Of a stretch of DNA of 64,000 bases, positions 42,586 through 54,419 are shown piece after piece. Origin of the DNA: Eledone cirrhosa (taxonomy: Eukaryota); NCBI GenBank assembly GCA_964016885.1, contig OZ024744.1:57784001-57848000 (forward strand), given 5' to 3'. The first letter of the stretch is position 1. Each line of letters opens with the position of its first letter. Below the pieces are notes generated by a model. The model searched no databases. It saw nothing but the letters and a program-made list of their open reading frames with translations, and had not been told where the DNA came from. Both the position numbers and the translations under genes were made by a program.

Positions 42586-42689
42586 TAGACAACATATATA
42601 TTACAAACAAAAATAAATATTGGACTGATAATGTATAGATCTAAAGATCGAATTTCAAATCCCAGCAGTTATAGCTACACTAATTACAT

Positions 42690-43115
42690 TGGTCTTACTT
42701 GACCCAGGGAAAGCATTTGACATAGTCACTGTTCTGTAATCTAGTGGGTGATTAGGAAACTAGGTGTAGATGAGTGGTTTGTGAAGGTAGTACAAGCCAT
42801 GTACAGAGGAGCAGTCAGGAAGGTTAGAATTACAATGAATTTAGTATGCAAGTAGGAGTTCATCAGTACCCTTCTCTGTTGTATAACAGAAGAGTTTAAG
42901 ATGACTGCCCATGGGAACTCCTTCATGCTGTTGATCTAACTCTCATAGCTGAATCTATGGCAGAATTTAAGAAAGAATTTCAAACCTGAAAGCATAACTT
43001 GGAATCAAAAGCTCTTAATGTCAACTTGGCAAAGATTAAGTCCCAGTATGTAGAAAGGAAAACAAAGTCCTGATCCCTTCAGGAAAATGACCCTGTTCAG
43101 TGTGTAAAAAAATAG
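42690..43115 (+). mobile_element. Decayed RTE RT fragment
   Basis: D..KAFD, WVIRKLGVDEWFV, CPWELLHAVDL; homologous to 44320-44760. Confidence 0.75.
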
Positions 43116-43119
43116 ATTA

Positions 43120-46100
43120 CAATGGTGGGGCACCATTTTATTAAATTATGATTTTAAGCTGGAGTATCTACCATCTAAAAAATTAGGACACACTGGTGTT
43201 CTATCAAGATTGGTACTTAAAAATAGTGAACCATTTGAAGACAGAGTGATCACGACATTAAGAGCTGAAAAAAAAAAAAGAAGTATATTGTGTAATGTAG
43301 TACGGGAATTGCGTGTTACCTTAGAAGAAATAAAATTCAAAGCAGAAGAAGACATTCTTATTACTAAAATGAAAAGATTACTGAGAGCAGAAAAAGTAAA
43401 TAAACACATGCGGTTTGCAGAACACAACCCAGATCGAACTCGTATTTAATTTGTGACAATGTACTGATGTATACACAAAGAGTAGTAATACCGGTCACAC
43501 TACAAAAGTGAATATTAAAAGAATTTCACAATGGTCATCCGGCAGTATCAAGAACGAAAGCTCTTATGACAAGTTATGTATACTGACCCAAAATAGACCA
43601 AGTTGGTAAAATTCTGCAGAGCTTTTGCTCTGGCAGCAAAATTGCCTACCACAAAATTTCAACCTTGGCCACAGACAGATATTCCATGGTCCAGACTACA
43701 TATAGATTTTGCAGGTCCACTAAACAGATCACATTATCTTGTAGTGGTAGATAGCTTTAGTAAGTGGCCTGAAATTTCTAAGTGTAAAAAACCAACCTCC
43801 TCGTGTACAATAATTTTTTTTACACGAATTGTCTGAAAGATTACTAAATAAGGAGAATGCATGGGAAAAAGAGAGCCCACCCCAAGCGGACCCTATAGAG
43901 GGACCAGCAGCAGCATAGTAAGTAAGGCAATCAAATATATGAAGACAGGGAAGGCAACCGGTCCACTGAGTATAGCTGCCGAGATGCTGAAGGCATCTGG
44001 GTCGGTAGGTCACACCATAACCACACAAATTGTTAACCAGGTAATACTAGAGGGTATCATACCAAAGGATTGGTGCAGCTGCAGCATCATTGTCAATTGC
44101 TACAGAGGTAAAGGTGATGCAGTAGATAAAGGAAACTATAGAGGCATAAAGCTGATGGACCAGATCATGAAAGTAACGGAAAGAGTTATAGCACAATTGA
44201 TTAAGGACCGGGTGAAACTAGATGAGATGCAATTTGGGTTTGTACCAGGAAGGGGCACCACTGATGCCCTCTTGAGGCAATTACAGGAAAAGTACCTAGC
44301 TAAAAGTAAGCCGCGCTACCTGGCATTCGTCAATCTGGGAAAAGACATCGACAGCGTCCCCCGTGCTATAATCTGGTGGGTTCTCAGAAAATTGAAAGCT
44401 GTACAGCCATGTATAGAGGAGCAGTCAGCAAAGTTAGAGTTAGCAATGACTATAGTGAGGAATTTAGCATATAGGTTGGTGTCCACCAGTGCTCTGTTCT
44501 TAGCCCTCTCCTGTTCATTATAGTTTTGCAGGCAATAACGGAGGAGTTTAAGACCGGATGCCCATGGGAACTCCTATATGCGGATGATCTCGCACTTATA
44601 GCAGAATCCATGGTGGAACTAGAGAAGAAATTCCAAACATAGACGCAGGGACTAGAAAGAAAGGGTCTGAAAGTCAACATGACAAAGACTAAGGTTCTTG
44701 AAAGTAGATGAGAAAACAGAACCCAGGTCCCCTCAGGGAAATGGCCTTGCTCAGTATGTAGGAAAGGTGTAGGTAGGAACTCCATCCTCTGCCCCAAATG
44801 CAAACAATGGGTACACAAGAGATGTAGTGGGATATCAGGAAGCTTAACTTAAGAAAGAATGTAGGCTTCACATGTAACAGCTGCACCGGGACAGCAAGCA
44901 GCAAATAGCCAGAGAAAACAAGTACGACCAAACTCTGGGAGGGCTCTGTAGAAACAGTAGACAGCTTCTGCTACCAAGGTGACCGAATTAGCAGCGGAGG
45001 TGGGTGTTCAGAAAGTACAATAACTAGGGTAAGAACGTGATGGAAGAAGTTCAGGGAGCTACTGCCACTGCTAGATGCAAAAGGCTTTTCCCTCAAAATG
45101 AAAGGCAGACTGTATGATGCGTGTATACGAACAGCAATGTTACATGGTTGTGAGACCTGGGTGCTGAAGGTGGAAGACTTGCATAGATTAGAAATAAACG
45201 AAGCTTGCATGCTCCGATGGATGTGTAATAGTAATATACGCGAACGGCAAAGTATAAACGAATTGAGAGAGAGACTGAGCATAAGAGGAATCAAATGCTG
45301 TGTGCAGGAGAGGAGGTTGCGTTGGTATGGACATGCGATGCGTATGAAGGATGACAGCTGCATAAAAAGCTGCAGAGCACTAGAAGTCGATGGAAGCCAC
45401 GGAGTGGAGAGACCCCAAAAGACCTGGGATGAGGTGATAAAGGCCGACCTTACCCAATTGCAACTCTCAAGGGCAATGACACACGACCGTGACTTCTGGC
45501 GTCACGCAGTAATACAGAAGACCCGACCCCCCACAGGAACAAGCCGAAGCTGAAGCATATAGACAATATGCCCCCTCCCCTCCCACTGCAAAGTGACCGT
45601 AGAGGTGCCAAAGCAAAAAAGCACCCAACACTCACTCTAAATGAGGTTGGTTTTAGGAAGGGCATCCAGCTGTAGAAATCAAGCCAGAATCAGTTCCTGT
45701 ATGAGCAAGACATGGTAAGCTGACTGGACACTGCTCACAACAGGACAACCCGTCTAACCCATGCTAGCATTGAAGAACTGATGTAAAACGGTGATGATGA
45801 TGATGAAATGATATTCTTGATACCATAGTTTCTGATAATGGGACACAATTCATTGCCTATAAATTTAAAAGATTTTGTAAAATGTTCTCTATTGGAGATG
45901 TTACCACTCCACCGTATCATCCAAAGTCAAATGGATAAGTGGAATGGTTTGTGGATACATTTAATGGGGTCTTAAAGCAAGCAAACAATGAAATAGATGA
46001 TTTAGCACTTCAACAAATCTTACAAGTATACCATGTAACACCTAATCCTAATACCCCTGCAGGCATGGTACCTGTGGAATTGATGTTCGCAAGGCAGATT

Positions 46101-46500
46101 AAGTCAGTGTTTGACAAATTGTTACCGGGTTGAAAAAGAAAAAATCGGATAACAAACATAATACAACAACATTTTTCAAAATTGGCGACAAAGTGTTTCT
46201 TAGAATGTATAAAAATGGTACAGAAATGTGGGAAGATGGCGTGGTAAGTAAACATATTGGAAAAATGTTGTATATGGAAAAAGGTCGCAGATGGGAACAT
46301 AAGAGACATATAAACCAGTTTAAAAAAAGGTCACTTGAAGAAAGGGTCATGAGAAATGAAGTACCAATGGAGTGTTATATAATATTTTCGATGTGCCAAC
46401 CTCCAAAGAAATCATTGAACCTACAAGTATGAGTACATGGAAAAGGAAATGTACAGAATTATTAGAAGTGGATCCAAAGCATAAAAAATATTAAGCTCTA
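43120..46500 (+). mobile_element. Decayed Ty3/Gypsy pol (RNase H end + integrase), interrupted by an RTE insertion
   Basis: PWSRLHIDFAGP...VVVDSFSKWPE (43680-43775), resuming as DTIVSDNGTQF...PPYHPKSNG (45820-45935). Confidence 0.85.
43833..45806 (+). mobile_element. RTE LINE, 5'-truncated, with (GAT)n tail
   Basis: NYRGIKL, QFGFVPGRGTTDA, LLYADDL, RLRWYGH, RPQKTW; 3' UTR shared with SINEs. Confidence 0.9.
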
Positions 46501-46623
46501 GACGGAGTTTAGTTCTCAAAAAGGGAGAAGTGGGGTGAAAACTAAATATATATATGTGTGTGTGTGTGTGGATATATATATATATATCCACACTCCTGAG
46601 GAAGGGGAATCTTAAAAGGGGGA

Positions 46624-46818
46624 TGTTGTAGGTAAAAACCCTGAATACACCCCGCTTAACTAAAAGTGGACTAGGCAAAATGTCTATAAATAATAACTGA
46701 AGTGAACTGTCAGTAGACCGTGTATACGGAGTCTTATTGTAGTGATCTTGTTGGTAGTTCGAAATTATGCCTGGTGAATACTTTGATTTTTACCTTCGTT
46801 CGTACAGATATACTAACA
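46624..46818 (+). mobile_element. Putative 3' LTR of the Gypsy remnant
   Basis: Polypurine tract aaaaggggga immediately followed by TGTT...AACA (~195 bp) with an internal tataaat. Confidence 0.55.
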
Positions 46819-47019
46819 GGTGTAATACCACATTATAATAGTATCCCACCTTAGACGCACTTCTATAATCCCCTACTTGTACACACACACTACACCCTCC
46901 CACAACCCTCAACCTTCGATATCTTCTGATACACCTCTCTTGTCCAACTATGCATACAAGCATGGACAGCTGAACACACCGCCTCACAATGCTGTTGCAA
47001 TGGCAAAAAGGACTAAGTT

Positions 47020-47620
47020 CACTATGTAAGGTAATTATCCTGGTGACATAATAAAAGCCACAAGTCCACTATGTAGGGTGTTCATGCTGGTGACATGACT
47101 AAACAGCACCCAGTTCACACCATATAGTGGCCATGTTGGTGACACGACAAAAAAAGACCACTGGTCCACCCTGGGAGGTGGTCATGCTGGTGGCATGATA
47201 TAAAAGTACCCAGTCCAACCTATCAGATGGTTGTTTTGGTGCTTCGATAAAAAGCACCTAGTCCATACTGTCCATGTGGTTGACATTAGGAAGGCAGCCA
47301 GATGTAGAAACCAAGCTAGAAAAAGTTCTGTATGAGCAAGATACGGTCATCTATTCTGACTTGTCTCATAATGGGACCCATACTAGCATGGAAAATAGAT
47401 ACTAAATGATAATGATGATGATCATCATCATCATTTAACATCCGCTTTTCTCTGCTTGCAAGGGTGGGACTGGTCCTATTCAGCACAGCATCTCTCCATT
47501 CATCAGGATCCTTCGTCATCTCCCCCGTGAGCTTCACCAATCTGAGGTCAGCTCTCACCACCTCGGCCCATGATGTTCGTGGTCTTCCTTCTACAGGGAT
47601 TTCTTCAGTTGCAGTACAGC
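47020..47620. mobile_element. RTE-type 3' tail with ~44-bp tandem repeats (+), joined tail-to-tail to an RTE 3' fragment (-)
   Basis: About six units 'tggtgacatg..aaaagcacc.agtccac' lead to 'ttaggaaggcagcca..tgtagaaa' and (GAT)n. Then (CAT)n and minus-strand GRPRTSWAEVVRADL. Confidence 0.75.
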
Positions 47621-48431
47621 AATTTGATTTGTTTTGAGGCAATCACAGATCAATCAATGGGTTAAAAGTTAAAAGCAAATATTATGTCCAGAGTTAACAC
47701 CATAGTTATAAAATGTGACACCAAGAGAACCGACTGAAGGCACAAACTATACATATAACAAAATAACGATATATACAAAAAGGTTTAAATATAAATCAGG
47801 ATGAATTCAGTTTGAAACTGATTAGACCATTACTCAACAGAGTACTTGATGCTTGGGGTAGTAGAGTATGGCTATATTATAGAGTCAGGTCCTGACTCTT
47901 TATATGTCTTTATATAAATATATATACTCATAAACACACACACACACACACACATACAGTCATACATATACTCTAATACAACAAATAACTGCAAAGATAT
48001 TCTCTCTCCACCAGCAATCAAGCCAGTCAACCAGTCAGCCAGTCAGCTACTCAGCCAGTCAACCAGCCAACCTACCAGCCAACCAGCCTGCCAATGGTTA
48101 TGAAACTATAACTAATGGAATGCAGAAAGCCGGAAATCTTACCAGTATATTAAATATTTACCCTTCCTAAAGTATTAAGATTTGTTTTCATGTTGTAGAA
48201 TTACCCCATATGTAAACACTTAAAAACTCAGTATCATCTCTCTCATTCTGTGTGTTTATGCATACATGCATGAGCATGTGTATGTCTGTATGTATATATG
48301 TTTGTGTATGTGTGTATATATATATATATAATATATATATGTATATACATATATATATATAATATATATATGTATATACATATATATATATATATAATAT
48401 ATATATGTATATATAAATATATATTATATGA

Positions 48432-48745
48432 AGGTACATGGCTTAGTGGTTAGAGCATTGGCCTTGCAATCGAAAGGTTGTGAGTTCAATTCTCAGACCG
48501 GGTGATGTGTTGTTTCCTTGAGCAAGACACTTTATTTCACATTGCTCCAGTTTACTCAGCTGTAAAAATGAGATGATAGGACTGGGGTCTAGATCATTCC
48601 ACTGTAAAGTGGTCGTGCAGGTGCCACGGCAAAAAAGCACCCAGCACTCACTGTAAATGAGGTTGGTGTTAGGAAGGGCATCCAGCTGTAGAAATCAAGC
48701 CAGAATCAGTTCCCGTCCCACCCTTGCAAGCAGGGAAATGAAATG
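48432..48745 (+). mobile_element. tRNA-derived SINE with RTE tail
   Basis: Near-identical to 8500-8805. Confidence 0.9.
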
Positions 48746-48772
48746 AAATATATATATAATATATGAGTATAT

Positions 48773-49415
48773 ATCATCATCATCATCACGGTTTTACGTC
48801 CGTTCTTCCACACTAGCATGGGTAAGATGGGTTGTCCTGCTGACCATGTCTTGCTAATATGGGAACTGATTTGGGCTTGATTTCTACAGCTCATTTACAG
48901 TGTGGGCTGGGTGCTTTTTTGCCGTGGCACCTCCACGTCCACTTTACAGTGGGGGGGGGGGGGCATATTGTCTATATGCTTTGGTTTGTACCCGTGGGAA
49001 GTCGGGTCTTCTTTATTACTGCATGACGCCAGAGGTGACGGTCCTGTGTCATCCCCGAGGGGATCTGGGCTCTGTTTTTTCGTTTACGCACAAGGACCTT
49101 AGTTTTTGTCAGGTTGACTTTGAGACCCTTTCCTTCTAGTCACCTGCTTCCATGCTTAGAATTTCTTCTCTAGTTCCACCATGGTTTCATCTATTAGTGT
49201 GAGATCATTTGCATATAGGAGTTCCCATGGGCATCTAGTCTTAAACTCATCTGCAATACTATAATGAACAGGAGAGGGCTAAGAACAGAGCCCTGGTAGA
49301 CACCGACCTTTATGCTCAAACCAAATTGCATCTCACTTAGTTTTACGCGGTCCCTAATCAAGTGTGTTATAACTCTTTCTGTTAATTTCATGACCTGGTC
49401 CATCAGCTTTATACT
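48773..49415 (-). mobile_element. Internally deleted RTE fragment
   Basis: 3' UTR reverse complement plus IKLMDQVMK...GVYQGSVLSPLLF. Confidence 0.8.
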
Positions 49416-49416
49416 T

Positions 49417-49695
49417 TGGTTCGTGGAAACGTTCCCTGGCAAAGAACGGGAAAAAACGAATATAATACGTCATTATTTGGAGCGGTGAAAAACAATTACA
49501 CGTAAAGACAAAACCACATTTATGGTATAAAAGAAGTCGTAGACTAATATTCTATTAGGGGGTTCATAGAGACGCTCTCTGGCAATGAACGGAAAAAACG
49601 AAGATAATACGTCATATGTGGACCGTAGAGAACAATTGCATGCAAAGACAAAACCACGTAAATGGTATAACTGAAGTCGTAGACTAAAATTCTAA
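49417..49695. repeat. Two ~140-bp tandem units, with a third partial copy at 51252-51347
   Basis: 'ggttc.t.ga.acg...ctggcaa.gaacgg.aaaaaacgaa.ataatacgtcat...aagtcgtagactaa.attcta' is repeated. Confidence 0.85.
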
Positions 49696-50299
49696 CTAGG
49701 AAACCGAATGATTCTCGGCTTCAGAGTTAAGAATAAAGTAAATAAAATACAGAGGTAATTGAAATTAAATAAATACATACACGCATCCATATACGTACAT
49801 ACACAAGCATACGCGAAAACACTCGCCATAGGTATACAAATACACGCACATATAAATATGTGTGTGTGTGCGTGTATACAAATAATTAAATAAACGTATA
49901 TAAATAAATAAATACGTATATAACAAACGCACACACATACCTACATGTAAATACACATATGTTCGGAGACGTACGTCAACCAAAACACGAAGTACACATA
50001 TACACACACCCTACATACGTACGAACCCGCATACTGACACAGACGCAAAACTCACGTATACACATAACCAAAAGCATATGTACCAGAATATATAAAATAT
50101 ACGCCATAACATATACAATCAAATATACGTACGAGAAAGTATACGTACCTTCACAAATCATACAGGTAATATATACCGTCGAAACGGCTTGAGCTCAGCT
50201 GTCGGGGTCTTACTGGTTCCTATTACCCACTCTACTACCTCAAGTATTGAGTACTTTGGTGCGTTATGGTCCACCTGGTTCCTTACCACATTTCCTTCG

Positions 50300-50343
<44 letters not shown>

Positions 50344-50930
50344 ATATATATTATTTATATTATATATATATTATTTATAAATCAGGATAGAATCAGCTTA
50401 AAACTACTTAGACCATTACTCAGCAGAATAGAGTACAGCTATATTATAATGTACCAGGATCCGATGGGTAAGCTCTTTATAATATATTATTCACTCTTTG
50501 TTCGCCATCTCCAATCTCCCTAACTTTATTCTGATTGTTCGTGTGACTAGGCTTTTGTGGAGCAACACTATATTTATTAGGCTCTGAAGATTCCTGCCAA
50601 AGGGTGAGGATGAAGGGTGACCTGGAAAGCAGGGCATGCAGTGAAATCGCCATGGCGGAAAGTGGGGCTGTGCAGCTTTACCCCCCCCCCCCCCCAATTC
50701 CCTCTAAATGACCCTCCCGGTCAAAGCCGCATCTAGTGTTATCTAGTGTGTGTGTGTGTGTGTGTGTGTCTGTCTGTCTGTGTGTGTGTGTGTGTGTTAT
50801 CTTTTTATGTGTCTACAATTTAGTAAGCAGCCAAAATTCTGCTTGCTTCAACCGACGCAATTGATCAACTCAAGATTCTATAACGCATGCACTGCATGTA
50901 TTGCATGCACGGACCATTCTCCCCTCATAT

Positions 50931-51016
<86 letters not shown>

Positions 51017-52452
51017 ATAATAATAAATTTGAAGACTAAAATCCAAAGAGGGCTCGATAAGGATAAATATATATCAAATATATAAGAACCGTAGAGCAAA
51101 TATTTATTAAAATAACAGATTAAAGTTTAAGCAAAGAATCGCTGCTTTCACCCTTAACGGGATCTTCTGAAAAATAACAAAGTCAATCTGTGATCGCAGA
51201 AGAGAATATTTCAAAAAACGTTGCAACAGGAGGAAGACAGGAAGACGATATTTTGGTTCGTGGAAACGTTCCCTGGCAAAGAACGGGAAAAAACGAATAT
51301 AATACGTCATTATTTGGAGCGGTGAAAAACAATTACACGCAAAGACAGTTGATTGTATTTATTTGTTTTATTCTATATTCTATTTACTATTCACTGTCTG
51401 GCTTCGCTCACTCATCCACACATGTCTGTCTACTAACCTTGTAATTATAAGTATTTATATATTTTATGCCAATTTTAAAATATATTACATTATGATATAG
51501 ATCCTTATTACTTACCGTTTATTATATATAACATTATGATATTTAAACTTTATATATCATGTAAGATGTCTGGATTTTTTAATATTTTAATATTGTAATA
51601 TGTAACATTATGATATTTAGACTTTACATATCATGTTAGATGTCTGTATATTTTTTTCTGTAACATCATATTTTTTCTGTAACATCATAATTGTTCCCTG
51701 TACCATTATAGTTTTTTTGAGTATTATATTATATGATTTATATTTCCTCATTTATTATGTAACCCAGTATGAATCATTTTGTACATATTGTTTATGGTAA
51801 TTTGTTAATATAATGTTAACATTTTATCATTGTATTTCATTGACATCTATATTGTTTCTGTAAATTAACCGGGGATTATCTATTCTACTTTATTATATTG
51901 TATTGAATTATATAATTTTGTTGTTTATTATTTGTTATAAGTGTTTCTTGTAATTATATCATATTATTGCCTCATGTATATTGGGTAGATGTATTAGCAT
52001 TATTTTCACTATTACCATGCTTATTTTTAATATTCAAACTTCTAATAGGGCTTAATTTCTGTGTAATAGAACATAGATATGTGTATTGTTATATGTGTGT
52101 GTGTGTGTGTGCGCGCACATATATACATGTATATATTGTACCTTTTGATTTTTAATTTGGAATTTTAATGTTGGTATAAATATATTATTATTATAATGTA
52201 TTATATTGTGTTATATATAATTCCTGCTCTATATAACCAAATTTGTTTAGATTTAGGTTGGTGGCTTTGGACTATATTTGTAATATGGTTCTTAATGTTA
52301 TCTACATCCTTAGTTATTATAATTTTATTATTTTTATCTTTATTTTCATTTTTATTATCGTATATCTTTGCAAGACATTAGTGTATGTACACTCCATATT
52401 CTTCAGAGTTTCTGGCTTGTATCTGCCGATATTACCTCTTGTTGTTTTGATT

Positions 52453-52490
52453 GCCCTGATGAGTCCTAAATAGGACGAAACATTGTCGGC
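52453..52490 (+). ncRNA. Canonical compact type I hammerhead ribozyme followed by AATAAA
   Basis: gcc-CUGAUGA-GUCCU-aaau-AGGAC-GAAA-C-auu-G-UC^ggc-taataaa. All core nucleotides are intact, the triplet is GUC and stem III is minimal. Confidence 0.92.
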
Positions 52491-52546
52491 TAATAAAAAC
52501 TTTTGATGTATTAAAGGATTCTTTGTTTTACTCTCTTAATTTTTTG

Positions 52547-53019
<473 letters not shown>

Positions 53020-53070
53020 TGAAGAATTATGAAAATAATGATGTATTGAAGGCTTCTTTGATTTATTTTC

Positions 53071-53147
<77 letters not shown>

Positions 53148-53256
53148 AATTAGTATATCTATCAACATATTTATACAGAAGTATACTTATGCTACCAAGA
53201 TATAGGTTTTGGGATCCCTGTGTCCGCCTATCGCCAGGGATCTTAGCAGAGAATTG

Positions 53257-53334
53257 GCTCCCTGATGAAGAAAGGAATTCTCCATGGTTTTGAACACTAT
53301 GTATATCCCCTTTCAGAAACTAATTAGTTGTAGT
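53257..53334 (+). ncRNA. Type I hammerhead candidate with a long stem II, in a cassette (53145-53457) between TA arrays
   Basis: gctcc-CUGAUGA-a-gaaagg...catggt/actatg...cctttc-a-GAAAC-taatta-GUU^gtagt. Stem III is the palindrome aactaattagtt; stem I pairs 4 of 5. Confidence 0.65.
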
Positions 53335-53484
53335 GAAACCAAAGTAAGTAAGTTAATTATTATGATTTTCTTATTTTACGTCTTTCATATAATTGTTCTA
53401 CATTTTTGTATTGAACCACAAAGTTACTAAGACAAAACCTATATCTTGCCAGCATAAGTATATATATATGTATATATATATATG

Positions 53485-53596
<112 letters not shown>

Positions 53597-53622
53597 TATA
53601 TACATATATATATATACATGTG

Positions 53623-53676
<54 letters not shown>

Positions 53677-53677
53677 A

Positions 53678-53839
<162 letters not shown>

Positions 53840-54000
53840 GTAAATATACACGGGTGTGTATGATTGTGTATAGAAGATTATATTAATAAGAGGAATTCCA
53901 ACTTTGTCTGATTTACTCGTTTTATTTACAATCCTTTAAAATATATATAATGGTATTATAATGAAATAGTATGATAGAATATTAAATTCTAAGTGTTAAT

Positions 54001-54039
54001 TGAACAAGCACTTTCATGCTTTCGCAATCTTCAGGTTCA
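54001..54039 (-). ncRNA. Minimal hammerhead (no stem II) in the PLE 3' pseudo-LTR
   Basis: The minus strand reads tgaac-CUGAAGA-ttgc-GAAA-GCAU-gaaa-GUGC-UU^gttca, with a 5-bp stem I and 5-bp stem III. Confidence 0.85.
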
Positions 54040-54419
54040 TAATATGTGGTGACAGTCGAGTTTGCAATTTTCAACTGTAATGAGATGGGTAAATTTCCTA
54101 TCTTTTATACATTTTTTACAGAGAAAAGTGGCTCCAGAATGCTAAGCCCTGTAAACTGTATTTCGACCAATCAGTGTGTAGTTTCACTGAATTACTACAG
54201 CTGATTGGTTTAAGCGTCACGGCTGGTTGAGCATGCTAACGACCAATAGTCATATCCAACGTATCAATTGTTTTGCTATGATGAGAAATGATGAAAATAG
54301 CATTTTCTATTAATCATCACCATCAACATCACTTTTATTATTATTATTGTTGTTGTTGTTGTTGTTGTTTTTAGTGGTCGTGGTCATAGTGGTAGTAGAA
54401 GTAATACCCCTAAACGTTA

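Noticed and set aside
46590-46625. CUGAGGA after a TA run
   Set aside because: No downstream GAAA or stem III; it runs into the putative polypurine tract and LTR.
47040-47290. Regular ~44-bp repeats resembling a CRISPR array
   Set aside because: They are degenerate tandem units in a retroelement tail with no unique spacers, no cas genes and a eukaryotic context.
50580-50665. CUGAAGA...GAAA with palindrome cgccatggcg
   Set aside because: The essential U of the NUH triplet is missing and stem II closure is poor; at best a decayed HHR.
50705-50746. ccggtcaaagccg resembling a twister ribozyme P4 loop
   Set aside because: The other twister helices and pseudoknots were not found.
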